Shown here in pieces: positions 13,283 to 27,342 of a DNA stretch of 64,000 nt (position 1 is the stretch's first letter; each line of letters begins with the position of its first letter). The DNA comes from Eledone cirrhosa. Taxonomy: Eukaryota. A model generated the notes under the pieces. It was not told the origin of the DNA, ran no database searches, and saw nothing but the letters and a program-made list of their open reading frames with translations. The DNA lies in the NCBI GenBank assembly GCA_964016885.1, contig OZ024748.1:45508001-45572000 (forward strand), in the 5' to 3' direction. A program made the position numbers and the translations under genes.

Positions 13283-13590
13283 AAACAACAACAACAGCAA
13301 CAACAGCAACAATAATAACAGCAACAATAATAACAACAACAACAACAGCAACAACAGCAACAATAATAACATCAACAACAACAACAACAACACAAACATC
13401 AAATGCAACAACCACAACAAAAACAACAACAACCACAACAACAACAACAACAACCGCAACAGCAACAACAACAACAACAACAACAACACAACTATAGCAG
13501 CAACAACAACACAAACATCAAATGCAACAACCACAATAACAACAACAACAACCACAACAACAACAACAACAACAACACCAACTATAACGG
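13140..13590. repeat. (AAC)n microsatellite
   Basis: Trinucleotide repeat. Confidence 0.95.
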
Positions 13591-13746
13591 CAACTGGCTA
13601 AACTATATAACGTGTAAAGAGAGAGGGTGGGAGAGGATATGTGCGTGTGAGTGTATGTGGTCGTAGTGTATGTGCGTGTATCTGCGTGTGTGTGTGTGTA
13701 TATATGTGTGTATGTACGTGTTTATGTGTATGTATGTATGTATGTA

Positions 13747-13822
<76 letters not shown>

Positions 13823-13869
13823 ATTCCATGAGCAGAAAAAATTCGTAGATTAAATATTATATCACTGCT

Positions 13870-15035
13870 GCTGATTGTGATGTTGTTGATGATGGTGGTG
13901 ATGGTGATGATGGTGATGTTGATACTGATGGTGGTGATGGTGGTTGTGATGGTGATGGTGATGTTGGTGCTGATGGTGATGATGGTGATGGTGGTGATGG
14001 TGATGATGGTGATGTTGATACTGATGGTGGTGATGGTGGTGGTGATGGTGATGATGGTGATGTTGATACTGATGTGCTGATGGTGGTGATGATGGTGGTG
14101 ATGGTGATGATGGTGATGTTGATACTGATGGTGGTGATGGTGGTGGTGATGGTGATGATGGTGATGTTGATACTGATGGTGGTGATGGTGGTGGTGATGG
14201 TGGTTGTGATGGTGATGGTGATGTTGGTGCTGATGGTGGTGATGGTGGTGGTGATAGGTGGTGATGATGATGGTGGTGATGGCGGTGGTGATGGTGGTGG
14301 TGGAGCTGGTGGTGATGGTGGTTGTGATGGTGATGGTGATGTTGGTGCTGATGGTGGTGATGGTGGTGGTGATAGGTGGTGAGGATGATGGTGGTGGGTG
14401 GTGGTGGTGATGGTGGTGATGATGGTGGTGATGGTGTTGGTGGTGATGGTGATCATGATGGTGGTGATGGTGGTGGTGTTGGTGGTGGTGATGGTGATGG
14501 TGGTGATGGTGCTGATAGTGTTGATGGTGGTGATGATGGTGATGATGGTGGTGATGGTGGTGATGGTGGTGGTGTTGGTGGTGGTGATGGTGATGGTTGT
14601 GATGGTGCTGATAGTGTTGATGGTGGTGATGATGATGATGATGGTGGTGATGGTGGTGATGGTGGTGGTGTTGGTGGTGGTGATGGTGATGGTTGTGATG
14701 GTGCTGATAGTGTTGATGGTGGTGATGATGATGATGATGGTGGTGATGGTGCTGATAGTGTTGATGGTGGTGATGATGGTGATGATGGTGGTGATGGTGA
14801 TGGTGGTGCTGATGGTGGTGATGGTGGTGATGATGGTGGTGGCGATGGTGGCGGCGATGGTGGTGATGATGGTGGTGATGGTGGTGGTGGCGATGGTGGT
14901 GGCGATGGTGGTGGCGATGGTGGTGGGTGGTGGTGGTGATGGTGGTGGTGGCGATGGTGGTGGCGATGGTGGTGGCGATGGTGGTGGGTGGTGGTGGTGG
15001 TGGCGATGGTAGCGACATTGATGATGATGTTAATG
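13870..15035. repeat. (GGT/GAT)n compound microsatellite
   Basis: Trinucleotide repeat; the poly-His ORF here is an artefact. Confidence 0.95.
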
Positions 15036-15099
15036 ATACTGAATATATGGAACAGGATGAATTTGGTGAAACATGTGGGAGGAAGTTAAGCAAGGAAAT

Positions 15100-15172
15100 G
15101 AGAGGGAGAGGCAGAGACAGAGAGAGGGTGTGAGAGAGAGAGAGAGAGAGAGAGAGATGCTGAGAGAGAGAG

Positions 15173-15207
<35 letters not shown>

Positions 15208-15772
15208 GAGAGGGTGAGACATAGGGTGAGAGAGGGTGAGACAGAGGGTGAATGAGAGAGATAGAGAGATAGTGAGGGTGAGAGAAGGACAGAGAGAGAG
15301 AGAGTGAGGGAGAGAGAGATATATAGAGATATATAGAGAGAGAGAGTGAGAGAGAGAGAAAGAGAGGGAGAGAGAGGTTGAGATAGAGGGTGAGAGAGGG
15401 GGGAGGCTGCGACAGAGAGAGAGGGCGTGAGAGGGTGAGAGAGAGAGAGGGGGAGGAGAAAGTGTGCGACAGAGAGAGGGAAAGAGAGAGGGGGCGGGAG
15501 AGAGAGAGTGAGAGAGAGGGAGAGAGAGAGGGTGAGAGAGAGAGAGAGATAGAGACAGTGAGGGGTGGACGTACTGAAAAAGAAATATATCTAGTACGAG
15601 TTTTTTACCTTTTAATGTTGGAATGGAGGTTTATATCATTTATAATAACACATTGACACATGAGGGTGTGTGTGTATATGTATATATATACATATATATA
15701 TATATATATGTATATATATACATATATATATATATATATACATACATATATATATATATATGTATATATGCA

Positions 15773-15824
<52 letters not shown>

Positions 15825-15851
15825 AATATATACACACACATGCATACACAT

Positions 15852-15912
<61 letters not shown>

Positions 15913-15959
15913 CATATATATACACACACATGCATACATACAAACACACACACACACAT

Positions 15960-16040
<81 letters not shown>

Positions 16041-16077
16041 TATATACATATATATACACACACATGCATACATACAT

Positions 16078-16173
<96 letters not shown>

Positions 16174-16259
16174 TAGATATATATATACATATATATATAT
16201 ATACACACATATATATATATACATATATATATGTACATATATATATGTATATATATGTA

Positions 16260-16291
<32 letters not shown>

Positions 16292-16329
16292 CATATATAT
16301 ATACACACATATATATATATATACATATA

Positions 16330-16396
<67 letters not shown>
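15100..16396. repeat. (GA)n followed by (TA/CA)n microsatellites
   Basis: Dinucleotide repeats. Confidence 0.93.
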
Positions 16397-16399
<3 letters not shown>

Positions 16400-16552
16400 A
16401 TATTCAAAAGGTGTTTCAAGTATAATGACATAAACAATGAAATAAGAACTCAATACATACAGTGGAGTTTAGATCTGATTTAACAAAGAAACAGTGAGAA
16501 TCTCTTTGACATTTTCGTTGTAACTCGCCTACTCAAACAGTCACACATACAT

Positions 16553-16619
<67 letters not shown>

Positions 16620-16643
16620 TATGTATGGATATATACACACACA

Positions 16644-16704
<61 letters not shown>

Positions 16705-16728
16705 CTATATAAATATATGTAGTTTTGT

Positions 16729-16892
16729 CCCGGGTTCAATCGGGGGTATCCACAGTAAGTAAGGTACTCAATACATAGCAGAGTATGGCTTGTACAGGAC
16801 TAGAACTGTTTCATTCGGAGGAAATCATCGGGCTTTCCTGATGATTTCCTCCGAATGAACAGTTCTAGTCCTGTAGAACCCATCTGTATATT
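16729..16892. mobile_element. Palindromic PLE-pLTR-like insertion (family B) with hammerhead
   Basis: Inverted arms around ~16833; the + arm reads ttc-CTGATGA-t-ttc-ctcc-gaa-t-GAA(A missing)-cagttctagtcctg-TA-gaa. Confidence 0.72.
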
Positions 16893-16933
16893 ATTCACAC
16901 ACATATATATATACACACACACATATATATATA

Positions 16934-17070
16934 GTCCAGAATTAGCTGTCGAAACGGCTTGAGCTCTGCCGTCGGGGTCATACTTGTTCCTATTACGCAC
17001 TCTACTACCCTAAGTATTGAGTACTTTGGTGCATTATGGTCCATCTGGTTCCTTACCACATTTCCTTCTT
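16934..17070 (+). mobile_element. Family A element (3' half of hammerhead plus tail)
   Basis: gtccagaattagctgtc-GAAA-cggcttgagctctgccg-TC-ggggtc...ccttaccacatttccttc-(TA)n. Confidence 0.8.
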
Positions 17071-17159
17071 TATATATATATATGAAGATCCGCGAAGGTA
17101 AAACAATTGTTCTCGGTATGGTGAACAAACTGTTGTGTAACCATTTCTATATATATATA

Positions 17160-17265
<106 letters not shown>

Positions 17266-17276
17266 TAGATAAATAT

Positions 17277-17518
17277 ACACGGGTGTGTATGATTGTGTAT
17301 AGAAGATTATATTGCAATTTTCACAGTTGAAAATTGCAAACTTGACTGTCACCAAATATTATGAACCTGAAGATTGCGAAAGCATGAACGTACTTGTTCA
17401 ATTAACACTTAGAATTTAATATTCTATCATACTATTTCATTATAATACCATTATAAATTTTAAAGGATTGTAAATAAAACGAGTAAATGAGACAAAGTTG
17501 GAATTTCTCTTATTAATA
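17277..17518 (+). mobile_element. Solo pLTR of PLE A with inverted tail; hammerhead at 17363-17399
   Basis: The first ~35 bp match 3575-3612 directly and the remainder is the reverse complement of 3612-3805; gaac-CTGAAGA-ttgcgaaagcat-GAAC-gtac-TT-gttc. Confidence 0.85.
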
Positions 17519-17589
17519 TATATACAAATATATACAAATATATATATATATATAATATATAAATATATAAATATATATATATATATATA

Positions 17590-17628
<39 letters not shown>

Positions 17629-17636
17629 TCTCGCAT

Positions 17637-17742
17637 GCTCCGAAGATCTAACTGGTTATAATTTTGTATTGGCGATCGAGTAACGCGAAAATAAGCGAAT
17701 AGCGATCTCTAGACCTACCAGCTCAGTGAAACAAATGTAAGC
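17637..17742 (+). ncRNA. Family C hammerhead with extended stem II (decayed)
   Basis: gct-CCGAAGA-...-GAAA-caaatg-TA-agc; insert and tail align with 7010-7170. Confidence 0.65.
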
Positions 17743-17794
17743 TATGTGATTAAACCTTTTTTTGTATAGCAAACCATGTCAACCTTCTTTCCTG

Positions 17795-17847
<53 letters not shown>

Positions 17848-17848
<1 letters not shown>

Positions 17849-18021
17849 GTTATTCCGGGTTGAATCGGAGGTAACCACAGTAAGTAAGGTACTCAATACA
17901 TTGCAGAGTATAAAAGTTTTAATATAGATGAGATTCTACAGGACTAGAACTGTTTCATTCTTTAGAAATCATGAAAGAATGAAACAGTTTTAGTCCTGTA
18001 GAATCTCATCTATATTAAAAC
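17848..18021. mobile_element. Family B palindromic element
   Basis: Internal inverted repeat; near-exact reverse complement of 21491-21664. Confidence 0.85.
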
Positions 18022-18034
18022 TATATATATATAT

Positions 18035-18066
<32 letters not shown>

Positions 18067-18084
18067 GTATATATATAAGTAATG

Positions 18085-18148
<64 letters not shown>

Positions 18149-18154
18149 AGTATG

Positions 18155-18232
<78 letters not shown>

Positions 18233-18253
18233 TATATATGCATATATATATAT

Positions 18254-18403
<150 letters not shown>

Positions 18404-18448
18404 TATATATGCATATATATATATATATATATATAAATATATATATGC

Positions 18449-18479
<31 letters not shown>

Positions 18480-18485
18480 TATATA

Positions 18486-18566
<81 letters not shown>

Positions 18567-18619
18567 GCATATATATATATATATATGCACGTAACCACAA
18601 AATAACTAATTCCGATATG

Positions 18620-21060
18620 CGTGTGTAAATTCCGTGTGTGTCTGTATATGGGTCTGTGGCTGTGTATCTGTGTGTGTGGGTCTTGTGTGTGTGTGTGTGT
18701 GTAGCTGTGTGTGTATCTCTGTGTGTGGGTCTTGTGTGTATATGTGTGTGTGTGTGTATCTGTGTGTGTATCTGTGTGTGGGTCTGTGTGTGGGTCTTGT
18801 GTGCGTGTGTGTGTATCTGTGTGTGGGTCTGTGTGTGGGTATGTGTGTGCGTCTGTGTGTGTGCGTCTGTGAGTGTATCTGTGTGTGTATCTGTGTGTGT
18901 GCTTGTGTGTGGGTCTGTGTGTGGGTCTGTGGGCGTGTATCTGTGAGTGTGTGTCTTGTGTGTGTGTCTGTGTGTGTGTCTGTGTGTGTATCTGTGTGTG
19001 TATCTGTGTGTGTATCTGTGTGTGTGTCTGCGTGTGTATCTGTGAGTGTGTATCTATGTGTGTATCTGTGTGTGTGTCTGTGTGTGTGTCTGTGTGTGTG
19101 TGTCTGTGTGTGTATCTGTGTGTGTGTCTGTGTGTGTGTCTGTGTGTGTGTATCTGTGTGTGTATCTGTGTGTGTATCTGTGAGTGTGTATCTGTGTGTG
19201 TATCTGTGTGTGTATCTGTGAGTGTGTATCTGTGTGTGTATCTGTGTGTGTGTCTGTGTGAGGGTCTGTGGGCGTGTATCTGTGTGTGTGGGTCTTGTGT
19301 GTGTGTGTCTGTGTGTGGGTCTTGTGTGTGTGTGTCTGTGTGTGTGTCTGTGTGTGGGTCTGTGTGTGTGTCTGTGTGTGTATCTGTGAGTGTGTATCTG
19401 TGTGTGTATCTGTGTGTGTGTCTGTGTGTGTGTCTGTGTGTGGGTCTGTGTGTGTGTCTGTGTGTGTATCTGTGTGTGTATCTGTGTGTGTATCTGTGGG
19501 TGTGTCTGTGTGTGTGTCTGTGTGTGTGTGTCTGTGTGTGTGTCTGTGTGGGTGTGTCTGTGTGTGTGTCTGTGTGTGTATCTGTGTGTGTGTCTGTGTG
19601 TGGGTCTGTGTGTGGGTCTGTGTGTATGTCTGTGTGTGTGTGTCTGTGTGTGTGTCTGTGTGTGTGTCTGTGTGTGTATCTGTGTGTGTGTCTGTGTGTG
19701 TGTCTCTGTGTGTGTCTGTGTGTGTATCTGTGAGTGTGTGTCTGTGTGTGTGTCTGTGGGTGTGTATCTGTGAGTGTGTGTCTGTGTGTGTGTCTGTGTG
19801 TGTATCTGTGAGTGTGTCTGTGTGTGTGTATGTGTGTGTGTCTGTGAGTGTGTCTGTGTGTGTGTCTGTGTGTGGGTCTATGGGTGTGTATCTGTGAGTG
19901 TGGGTCTTGTGTGTGTATATGTGTGTGTATCTGTGTCTATGTCTGTGTGTGGGTCTTGTGTGTGTGTCTGTGTGTGTGTCTGTGGGCGTGTATCTGTGGG
20001 TGTGTGTCTTGTGTGTGTATCTGTGTGTGTGTCTGTGTGTGTGTCTGTGTGTGTGTCTGTGTCTATGTCTGTGTGTGCCTGTGTGTGTATCTGTGTGTGC
20101 GTCTGTGTGTGTGTCTGTGTGTGGGTCTGTGGGTGTGTATCTGTGAGTGTGGGTTTTGTTGGTGTGTCTGTGTGTGTGTCTGTGTGTGTGTGTCTGTGTG
20201 TGTGTCTGTGTGTGTGTGTCTGTATGTGTATCTGTGAGTGTATCTGTGTGTGTATCTGTGTGTGGGTCTGTGTGTGTATCTGTGTGTGTATCTGTGAGTG
20301 TGTGTCTTGTGTGTGTATCTGTGTGTGTGTCTGTGTGTGTGTATCTGTGTGTGTGTCTGTGTCTATGTCTGTGTGTGGGTCTGTGGGTGTGGGTCTTGTG
20401 TGTGTGTCTGTGTGTGTGTCTGTGTGTGGGTCTGTGGGCGTGTATCTGTGGGTGTGGGTCTTGTGTGTGTATCTGTGTGTGTGTCTGTGTGTGGGTCTGT
20501 GGGTGTGTTTCTGTGAGTGTGGGTCTTGTGTGTGTGTCTGTGTGTGTGTGTCTGTGTGTGTATCTGTGAGTGTATCTGTGTGTGTATCTGTGTGTGGGTC
20601 TGTGTGTGTATCTGTGTGTGTATCTGTGAGTGTGTGTCTTGTGTGTGTATCTGTGTGTGTGTCTCTGTGTGTGTGTGTGTCTGTGTGTGTGTATCTGTGT
20701 GTGTATCTGTGTGTGTATCTGTGTGTGTGTCTGTGTGTGTGTCTGTGTGTGTGTGTCTGTGTGTGTGTCTGTGTGTGTGTCTGTATGTGGGTCTGTGTGT
20801 GTGTTTGTGTGTGGGTCTGTGGGTGTGTATCTGTGTGTATGTCTGTGTGTGTATCTGTGAGTGTATCTGTGTGTGTATCTGTGTGTGTGTCTGTGTGTGG
20901 GTCTGTGAGTGTATCTGTGTGTGTATCTGTGTGTGTGTCTGTGTGTGGGTCTGTGGGTGTGTATTTGTGAGTATGGGTCTTGTGTGTGTCTGTGTGTGTA
21001 TCTGTGTGTGTATCTGTGTGTGTACCTGTGGGTCTGTGTGTATCTGTGTGTGTGTGTGTG
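18620..21060. repeat. (GT)n satellite punctuated by ATCT/GTCT/GGGTCT
   Basis: About 2.4 kb of ~10-12 bp degenerate units. Confidence 0.95.
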
Positions 21061-21190
21061 GGAGCCTGCATGCATTTGGTGCAGAGCGTGGGTTTGATGT
21101 GTTCAATAATGTGGGTGTATATATATATATATACATATATAAATGAAAAGTATAGAAAAATATATATGTATATATATATATGTATACATA

Positions 21191-21264
<74 letters not shown>

Positions 21265-21285
21265 TATATACATATATATATATAC

Positions 21286-21332
<47 letters not shown>

Positions 21333-21341
21333 TATATACAT

Positions 21342-21407
<66 letters not shown>

Positions 21408-21436
21408 GCATATATACATATATATATAAATATATA

Positions 21437-21490
<54 letters not shown>

Positions 21491-21493
<3 letters not shown>

Positions 21494-21663
21494 TTAATAT
21501 AGATGAGATTCTACAGGACTAGAACTGTTTCATTCTTTCATGATTTCTAAAGAATGAAACAGTTCTAGTCCTGTAGAATCTCATCTATATTAAAACTTTT
21601 ATACTCTGCAATGTATTGAGTACCTTACTTACTGTGGTTACCTCCGATTCAACCCGGAATAAC

Positions 21664-21664
<1 letters not shown>
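21491..21664. mobile_element. Family B palindromic element (inverted twin of 17848-18021)
   Basis: Reverse complement with about one mismatch. Confidence 0.85.
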
Positions 21665-21697
<33 letters not shown>

Positions 21698-21711
21698 GTT
21701 ATATATATACG

Positions 21712-21747
<36 letters not shown>

Positions 21748-21748
21748 G

Positions 21749-21792
<44 letters not shown>

Positions 21793-21824
21793 CGTACATA
21801 TATATATATATATATATATATACG

Positions 21825-21866
<42 letters not shown>

Positions 21867-21925
21867 GTTATATATATATATATATATATATACGTTATAT
21901 ATATATATATATATATATATATAAC

Positions 21926-21987
<62 letters not shown>

Positions 21988-22019
21988 GTTATATATATAT
22001 ATATATATATATATATACG

Positions 22020-22079
<60 letters not shown>

Positions 22080-22502
22080 GTTATATATATATATATATAC
22101 ATATATATGCATATATAGATCCTGCGAAAATATTAGTACCGTACCTATCCGAAAACATTAGTAGAACGTTCCGTAGATTTGTTATTTGTGGTGAGTTTGG
22201 ATGGGTGTGGTTTGGGATAGGGGTGGAATATGATCCTACGCACAGTCGGGGGTGGGGGCTAGGGGGGGGGGGGGTAAACAGGAAGGAACAGAGCGACTAG
22301 GGAGAAAGAGGAAGACAGAAAGAGAGTGGGACGATGAGGGTTCAGAGAGGGGCAGTGAGCGAGAGAGAGAGACTAAGGGGAAGGAAGAGAGGGAGAGAGG
22401 GAGAGAGAGAGATTAACAGGAAGGAAGAGAGGGACTAGGGAGAAAGAGGAAGAGTGTGAACGAGAGTGGGATGCTGAATGTGATAGAGGGCGAGTGAGGG
22501 AG

Positions 22503-22720
22503 TCTAAGAGGAAGTGTGAGAGAGAGAGAGACTAAGAGGAAGTGTGAGGCAGAGAGAGAGACTAAGAGGAAGTGTGAGGCAGAGAGAGAGACTAAGAGGA
22601 AGTGTGAGGCAGAGAGAGAGACTAAGAGGAAGTGTGAGGCAGAGAGAGAGACTAAGAGGAAGTGTGAGGCAGAGAGAGAGACTAAGAGGAAGTGTGAGGG
22701 ACAGATAGACAGTCTAAGAG
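22503..22720. repeat. 30-bp tandem repeat GACTAAGAGGAAGTGTGAGGCAGAGAGAGA (~6 copies) within (GA)n-rich 22300-24215
   Basis: Near-identical consecutive units. Confidence 0.92.
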
Positions 22721-22778
22721 GAAGAGAGGGGCAAGGGAGAAAGAGGAAGAGTGTGAAAGAGAGTGGGATGCTGAGGGT

Positions 22779-22816
<38 letters not shown>

Positions 22817-23428
22817 AAGATGAAGGAAGAGAAAGACTAAGGGTCAAATGGGAAGACTGTGAAAGAGGAGGAGTGAGAGGAAGACAAAAGAATAGAGAGA
22901 GAGAGTGCTAGATAATCCTTAAACAGATTTAGAAGAGGAGAGGAAGAGGGATTTAGGAAAAGAGAAAATAGAGTGAAAGTGTGTGCGGGGGGGGGGGCAG
23001 GCAGAGAGAGTGAAAGAAAGGGATAGATAGTGGGAGGGGTAGTGGTAGAGAGATAGGAGGAGTGGGGCTGATAGGAGGAGCATTTAGGTAAGACTAGCAG
23101 ACAGAGAGAGAGAGAGAGAGAGGAGAGCGAGAGAGAGATGGTGGCAGAGAGGGATGAAGGGAGGGCCAGAGGAGTCGGGAGGTGTGTGTGATGAGGTTTA
23201 CTAGGGGGGGGGGGGGGGGTGTTGAATAACTCGGAACGGATCAGGAAATAGTTTGTGTGTGTGTGTGAGAGAGAGAGTGAGAGAGTGAGAGGGAGAGAGA
23301 GAAAGAGAGAGAGAAAGAGAACGGAGAGAGGGGGAGGGATAGTGAGTGGGAGAGAAAGAGAGAGAGTCGCTGAGCGGAAAAGAAAGCAAGTGCGAGTGAG
23401 AGCGAGTTAGAAAGGAACGAGTGGGTCG

Positions 23429-23464
<36 letters not shown>

Positions 23465-23552
23465 GTGTGGGAGAGAGAGTGTGGGAGTGCAAATATATAC
23501 AGCAAGGGGTAAAAGGATAGAAAGATATATAGATAGATGGATGGATTGTTCA

Positions 23553-23616
<64 letters not shown>

Positions 23617-23622
23617 TGTGGG

Positions 23623-23653
<31 letters not shown>

Positions 23654-23897
23654 CGGGGGAGAGAGCGAGAGAGTTAGAGTGGGAGAGAACTAGATCTACA
23701 AAGAGAGAGCTAGAAGTAGTGAGAGCGAGAGAGTGAGGGTGGGTGGGGGGAACAGAGAATGCGAGAGAGAGTTAGAACTAGAGAGAGAGAGAGAGAGATA
23801 CAACTAGAGATAGAGAGAGGGGGGGGAAGAGCTAGAACTATAAATAGAGAGATAGAACTAGAGAAAGAGAGAGAGAGAGTGTGTATGTGAGAGATAA

Positions 23898-23928
<31 letters not shown>

Positions 23929-23948
23929 GAGTGTGTATGTGAGAGATA

Positions 23949-23996
<48 letters not shown>

Positions 23997-24043
23997 GATA
24001 AAGAGAGAGAGAGAAAGACAGAGATAATGCGAGAGAAAGAGAG

Positions 24044-24107
<64 letters not shown>

Positions 24108-24140
24108 CGAAGCGAGAAAGAGACAGAGAGAACGAGAACC

Positions 24141-24177
<37 letters not shown>

Positions 24178-24255
24178 GAGAGAGAGAACGAGAACCAGAG
24201 AGCGTGAGAGAGAGAGATGCATGTGTTTCGTAAATAATCGATAAGTGAGTGTTTT

Positions 24256-24437
24256 GACCAATGAGGTGGCACCGTAAAATGGTATTTATAAAAGACTGTG
24301 GAGAAAGTTGGCAGAAGTAGCAGCTACATCACTGTTCGCTCATTGTCGTTTATACACATTTATATATATATATATATGTGTGTATATAGATAGATATATA
24401 TAGCTACAAGAACATATATATATATACAAAGGTAAGT
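24256..24437 (+). promoter_or_regulatory. Candidate Pol II core promoter and non-coding first exon
   Basis: CCAAT at 24258, TATAAAAG at 24287 and a consensus donor AAG|GTAAGT at 24431/24432, in a unique island between microsatellites. Confidence 0.4.
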
Positions 24438-24513
24438 CATCTATTTCATTTATCTCAGAGCGTGTGTGTGTGTGTGTTGTGTGTGTTTGTGTGTGTGTGT
24501 GTATGTGTATGTA

Positions 24514-24563
<50 letters not shown>

Positions 24564-24569
24564 CTCTCG

Positions 24570-24603
<34 letters not shown>

Positions 24604-24712
24604 GTGTGTGTATATATATAAGTTATTCTCTCTCTGTCACGCACACTCACTCACTCTCTCTCTCCCTATTTATATATATACACACGCACACGCACACACA
24701 CACATATATATT

Positions 24713-24830
<118 letters not shown>

Positions 24831-24840
24831 CACATACATA

Positions 24841-24910
<70 letters not shown>

Positions 24911-25244
24911 CACATATTCATATCCATAGAAAACACAGCCACACGCACACGGACACATAGACACACTCTCTATACGCAGACACACACACTCTCTCTCTGA
25001 CACACATACACATACATACACACACACCCCTCTCTCTCTCACACACATATACACATACACAGACATTTAACACACCCGTTTAACCAATTATCACTTCTCT
25101 ATCTATCACCATTAACCAATCATATACCGTTATATATGTTCAAAACTTTTCACCTGCTTCAAGATATATTTTGTTTTACTTATATTTTTTATTCTACGCA
25201 TTGAACCTTGTGTATATATTGGAACCTCTGTGATAATGTAGATA

Positions 25245-25316
<72 letters not shown>

Positions 25317-25317
25317 G

Positions 25318-25450
25318 AAAAAGTGGAGAATAACATGGTCAACAGTACAAAAGTGGAGATTTATTTACAGTCTAACAATTGTTTCACTGGTAGAGTTGTC
25401 TAAAAGTTGCTAAACACTGAAAGTAGTGCCATTCAATTTAAAATACATGT
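25318..25450 (-). mobile_element. Family C fragment (3' half of hammerhead plus tail)
   Basis: ...ttagcaacttttagacaactctaccagt-GAAA-caattg-TT-agac...gaccatgttattctcc. Confidence 0.65.
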
Positions 25451-25459
25451 TATATATAT

Positions 25460-25490
<31 letters not shown>

Positions 25491-25492
<2 letters not shown>

Positions 25493-25906
25493 GGATCAAA
25501 AGATGGTTAAAAGAGTTCCACGTATTTTATTATGCGCATTTCAAAAACAAATATCATCATGCAATAACATTTTCGTTTTTGTCAGATAAAATAGGGAGAC
25601 ATGATATGAAGGTTAAAACACACTTGTGAATAGTGTAGTTTTAAATCAACATATGTTGATTTAAAACTACACTATTCACAAGTGTGTTTTAACCTTCATA
25701 TCATGTCTCCCTATTTTATCTGACAAAAACGCAAATGTTATTGCATGATGATATTTGTTTTTGAAATGCGCATAATAAAATACGTGGAACTCTTTTAACC
25801 ATCCTTTGATCTTATATATTATGTATACTCCAGTCCTACAAAGTGTAGAGTGCTACTTATCCGATATCTGCATTGCTTTATTGTACTACAATAAAACTCA
25901 CCTCCT
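25491..25906. mobile_element. Near-perfect ~320-bp palindrome plus tail (family I) with two hammerheads
   Basis: Centre at ~25652; ttttat-CTGACAA-long stem II-GAAA-tgcgca-TA-ataaaa at 25714-25780 (+) and 25525-25591 (-). Confidence 0.88.
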
Positions 25907-25971
<65 letters not shown>

Positions 25972-26093
25972 AATATATATATATATATATACAGATACAC
26001 GACGGGCTTTCACAGAATTACAGAACTCCCATTACCAAATTCCATCAACAGGGTATTTATGAACCACCCAGGGCTACAGTCGTAGGCGCTGGT

Positions 26094-26144
<51 letters not shown>

Positions 26145-26153
26145 CAGATTCAG

Positions 26154-26250
26154 GACCCCAACGGCCGAGCTCCAGCCGTCTCGACTGCTAGATCCGAACT
26201 AAATCACCGGTATTCGAACGGCGGGAATCTAGATGAACTCATCAAGGTGT
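26154..26250 (-). ncRNA. Full-length but decayed family A hammerhead with extended stem II
   Basis: acacc-TTGATGA-gttcatctagat...atctagcagtc-GAGA-cggctggagctcggccg-TT-ggggt. Confidence 0.62.
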
Positions 26251-26265
26251 ACCGTCTATATATGA

Positions 26266-26592
<327 letters not shown>

Positions 26593-26594
26593 TA

Positions 26595-26677
<83 letters not shown>

Positions 26678-26680
<3 letters not shown>

Positions 26681-27195
26681 AACATGTATGTATACCAACA
26701 TGTATGTGTACCAATATGTATGCATACCAACATGTAGCAATCTCCGAAGATGGTAAAAGATATATATCTTTAACCATCTTCGGATATTGCTACATGTTGG
26801 TATGCATACATATTGGTACACATACATGTCGGTATACATACATGTTGGTATATATACACGTTGCTATACATACATATTTGTATACGTACATGTTGGTATG
26901 CATACATATTGGTATGCATACATGATGGTATACATACATGTTGGTATACATAAATATTGGTATACATGCATGTTGGTATGCGTACATGTGGGTATACGTA
27001 CATGTTGGTGTACATTATATTGGTATACATACATATTGGTATACACACATATTGGTATACATACATATTGGTATACATACATGTTGGTACACGTATATGT
27101 TGGTATACATATATATTGGTATACATACATGTTGGTATACACACATATTGGTATACATACATGTTCGTATACATACATGTTGTTATACATACATA
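26678..27195. repeat. 16-bp minisatellite (TGGTATACATACATGT)n whose start is folded into a ~170-bp palindrome
   Basis: Inverted arms centred at ~26764; the right arm continues as a tandem array. Confidence 0.88.
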
Positions 27196-27342
27196 CACTT
27201 CCGTAACTTTGAGTTTACTATGGACGAAAACGTATTAACTTTTCGCATCGTTGAGTGTAATTTGTGACTGCCTCAAACTATGCGATTGGTGTCTACTATA
27301 CTGAGGCTACAACTTCGATTTATACTTATTATTATTATTATA

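Noticed and set aside
13603-15222. 539-aa His-rich ORF and the other long YI/HT/CV/RE ORFs
   Set aside because: They are translations of microsatellites that lack stop codons in several frames.
22503-22720. 30-bp (and the 50-bp at 58.3 kb) repeats as CRISPR arrays
   Set aside because: No unique spacers, no cas genes, eukaryotic context.
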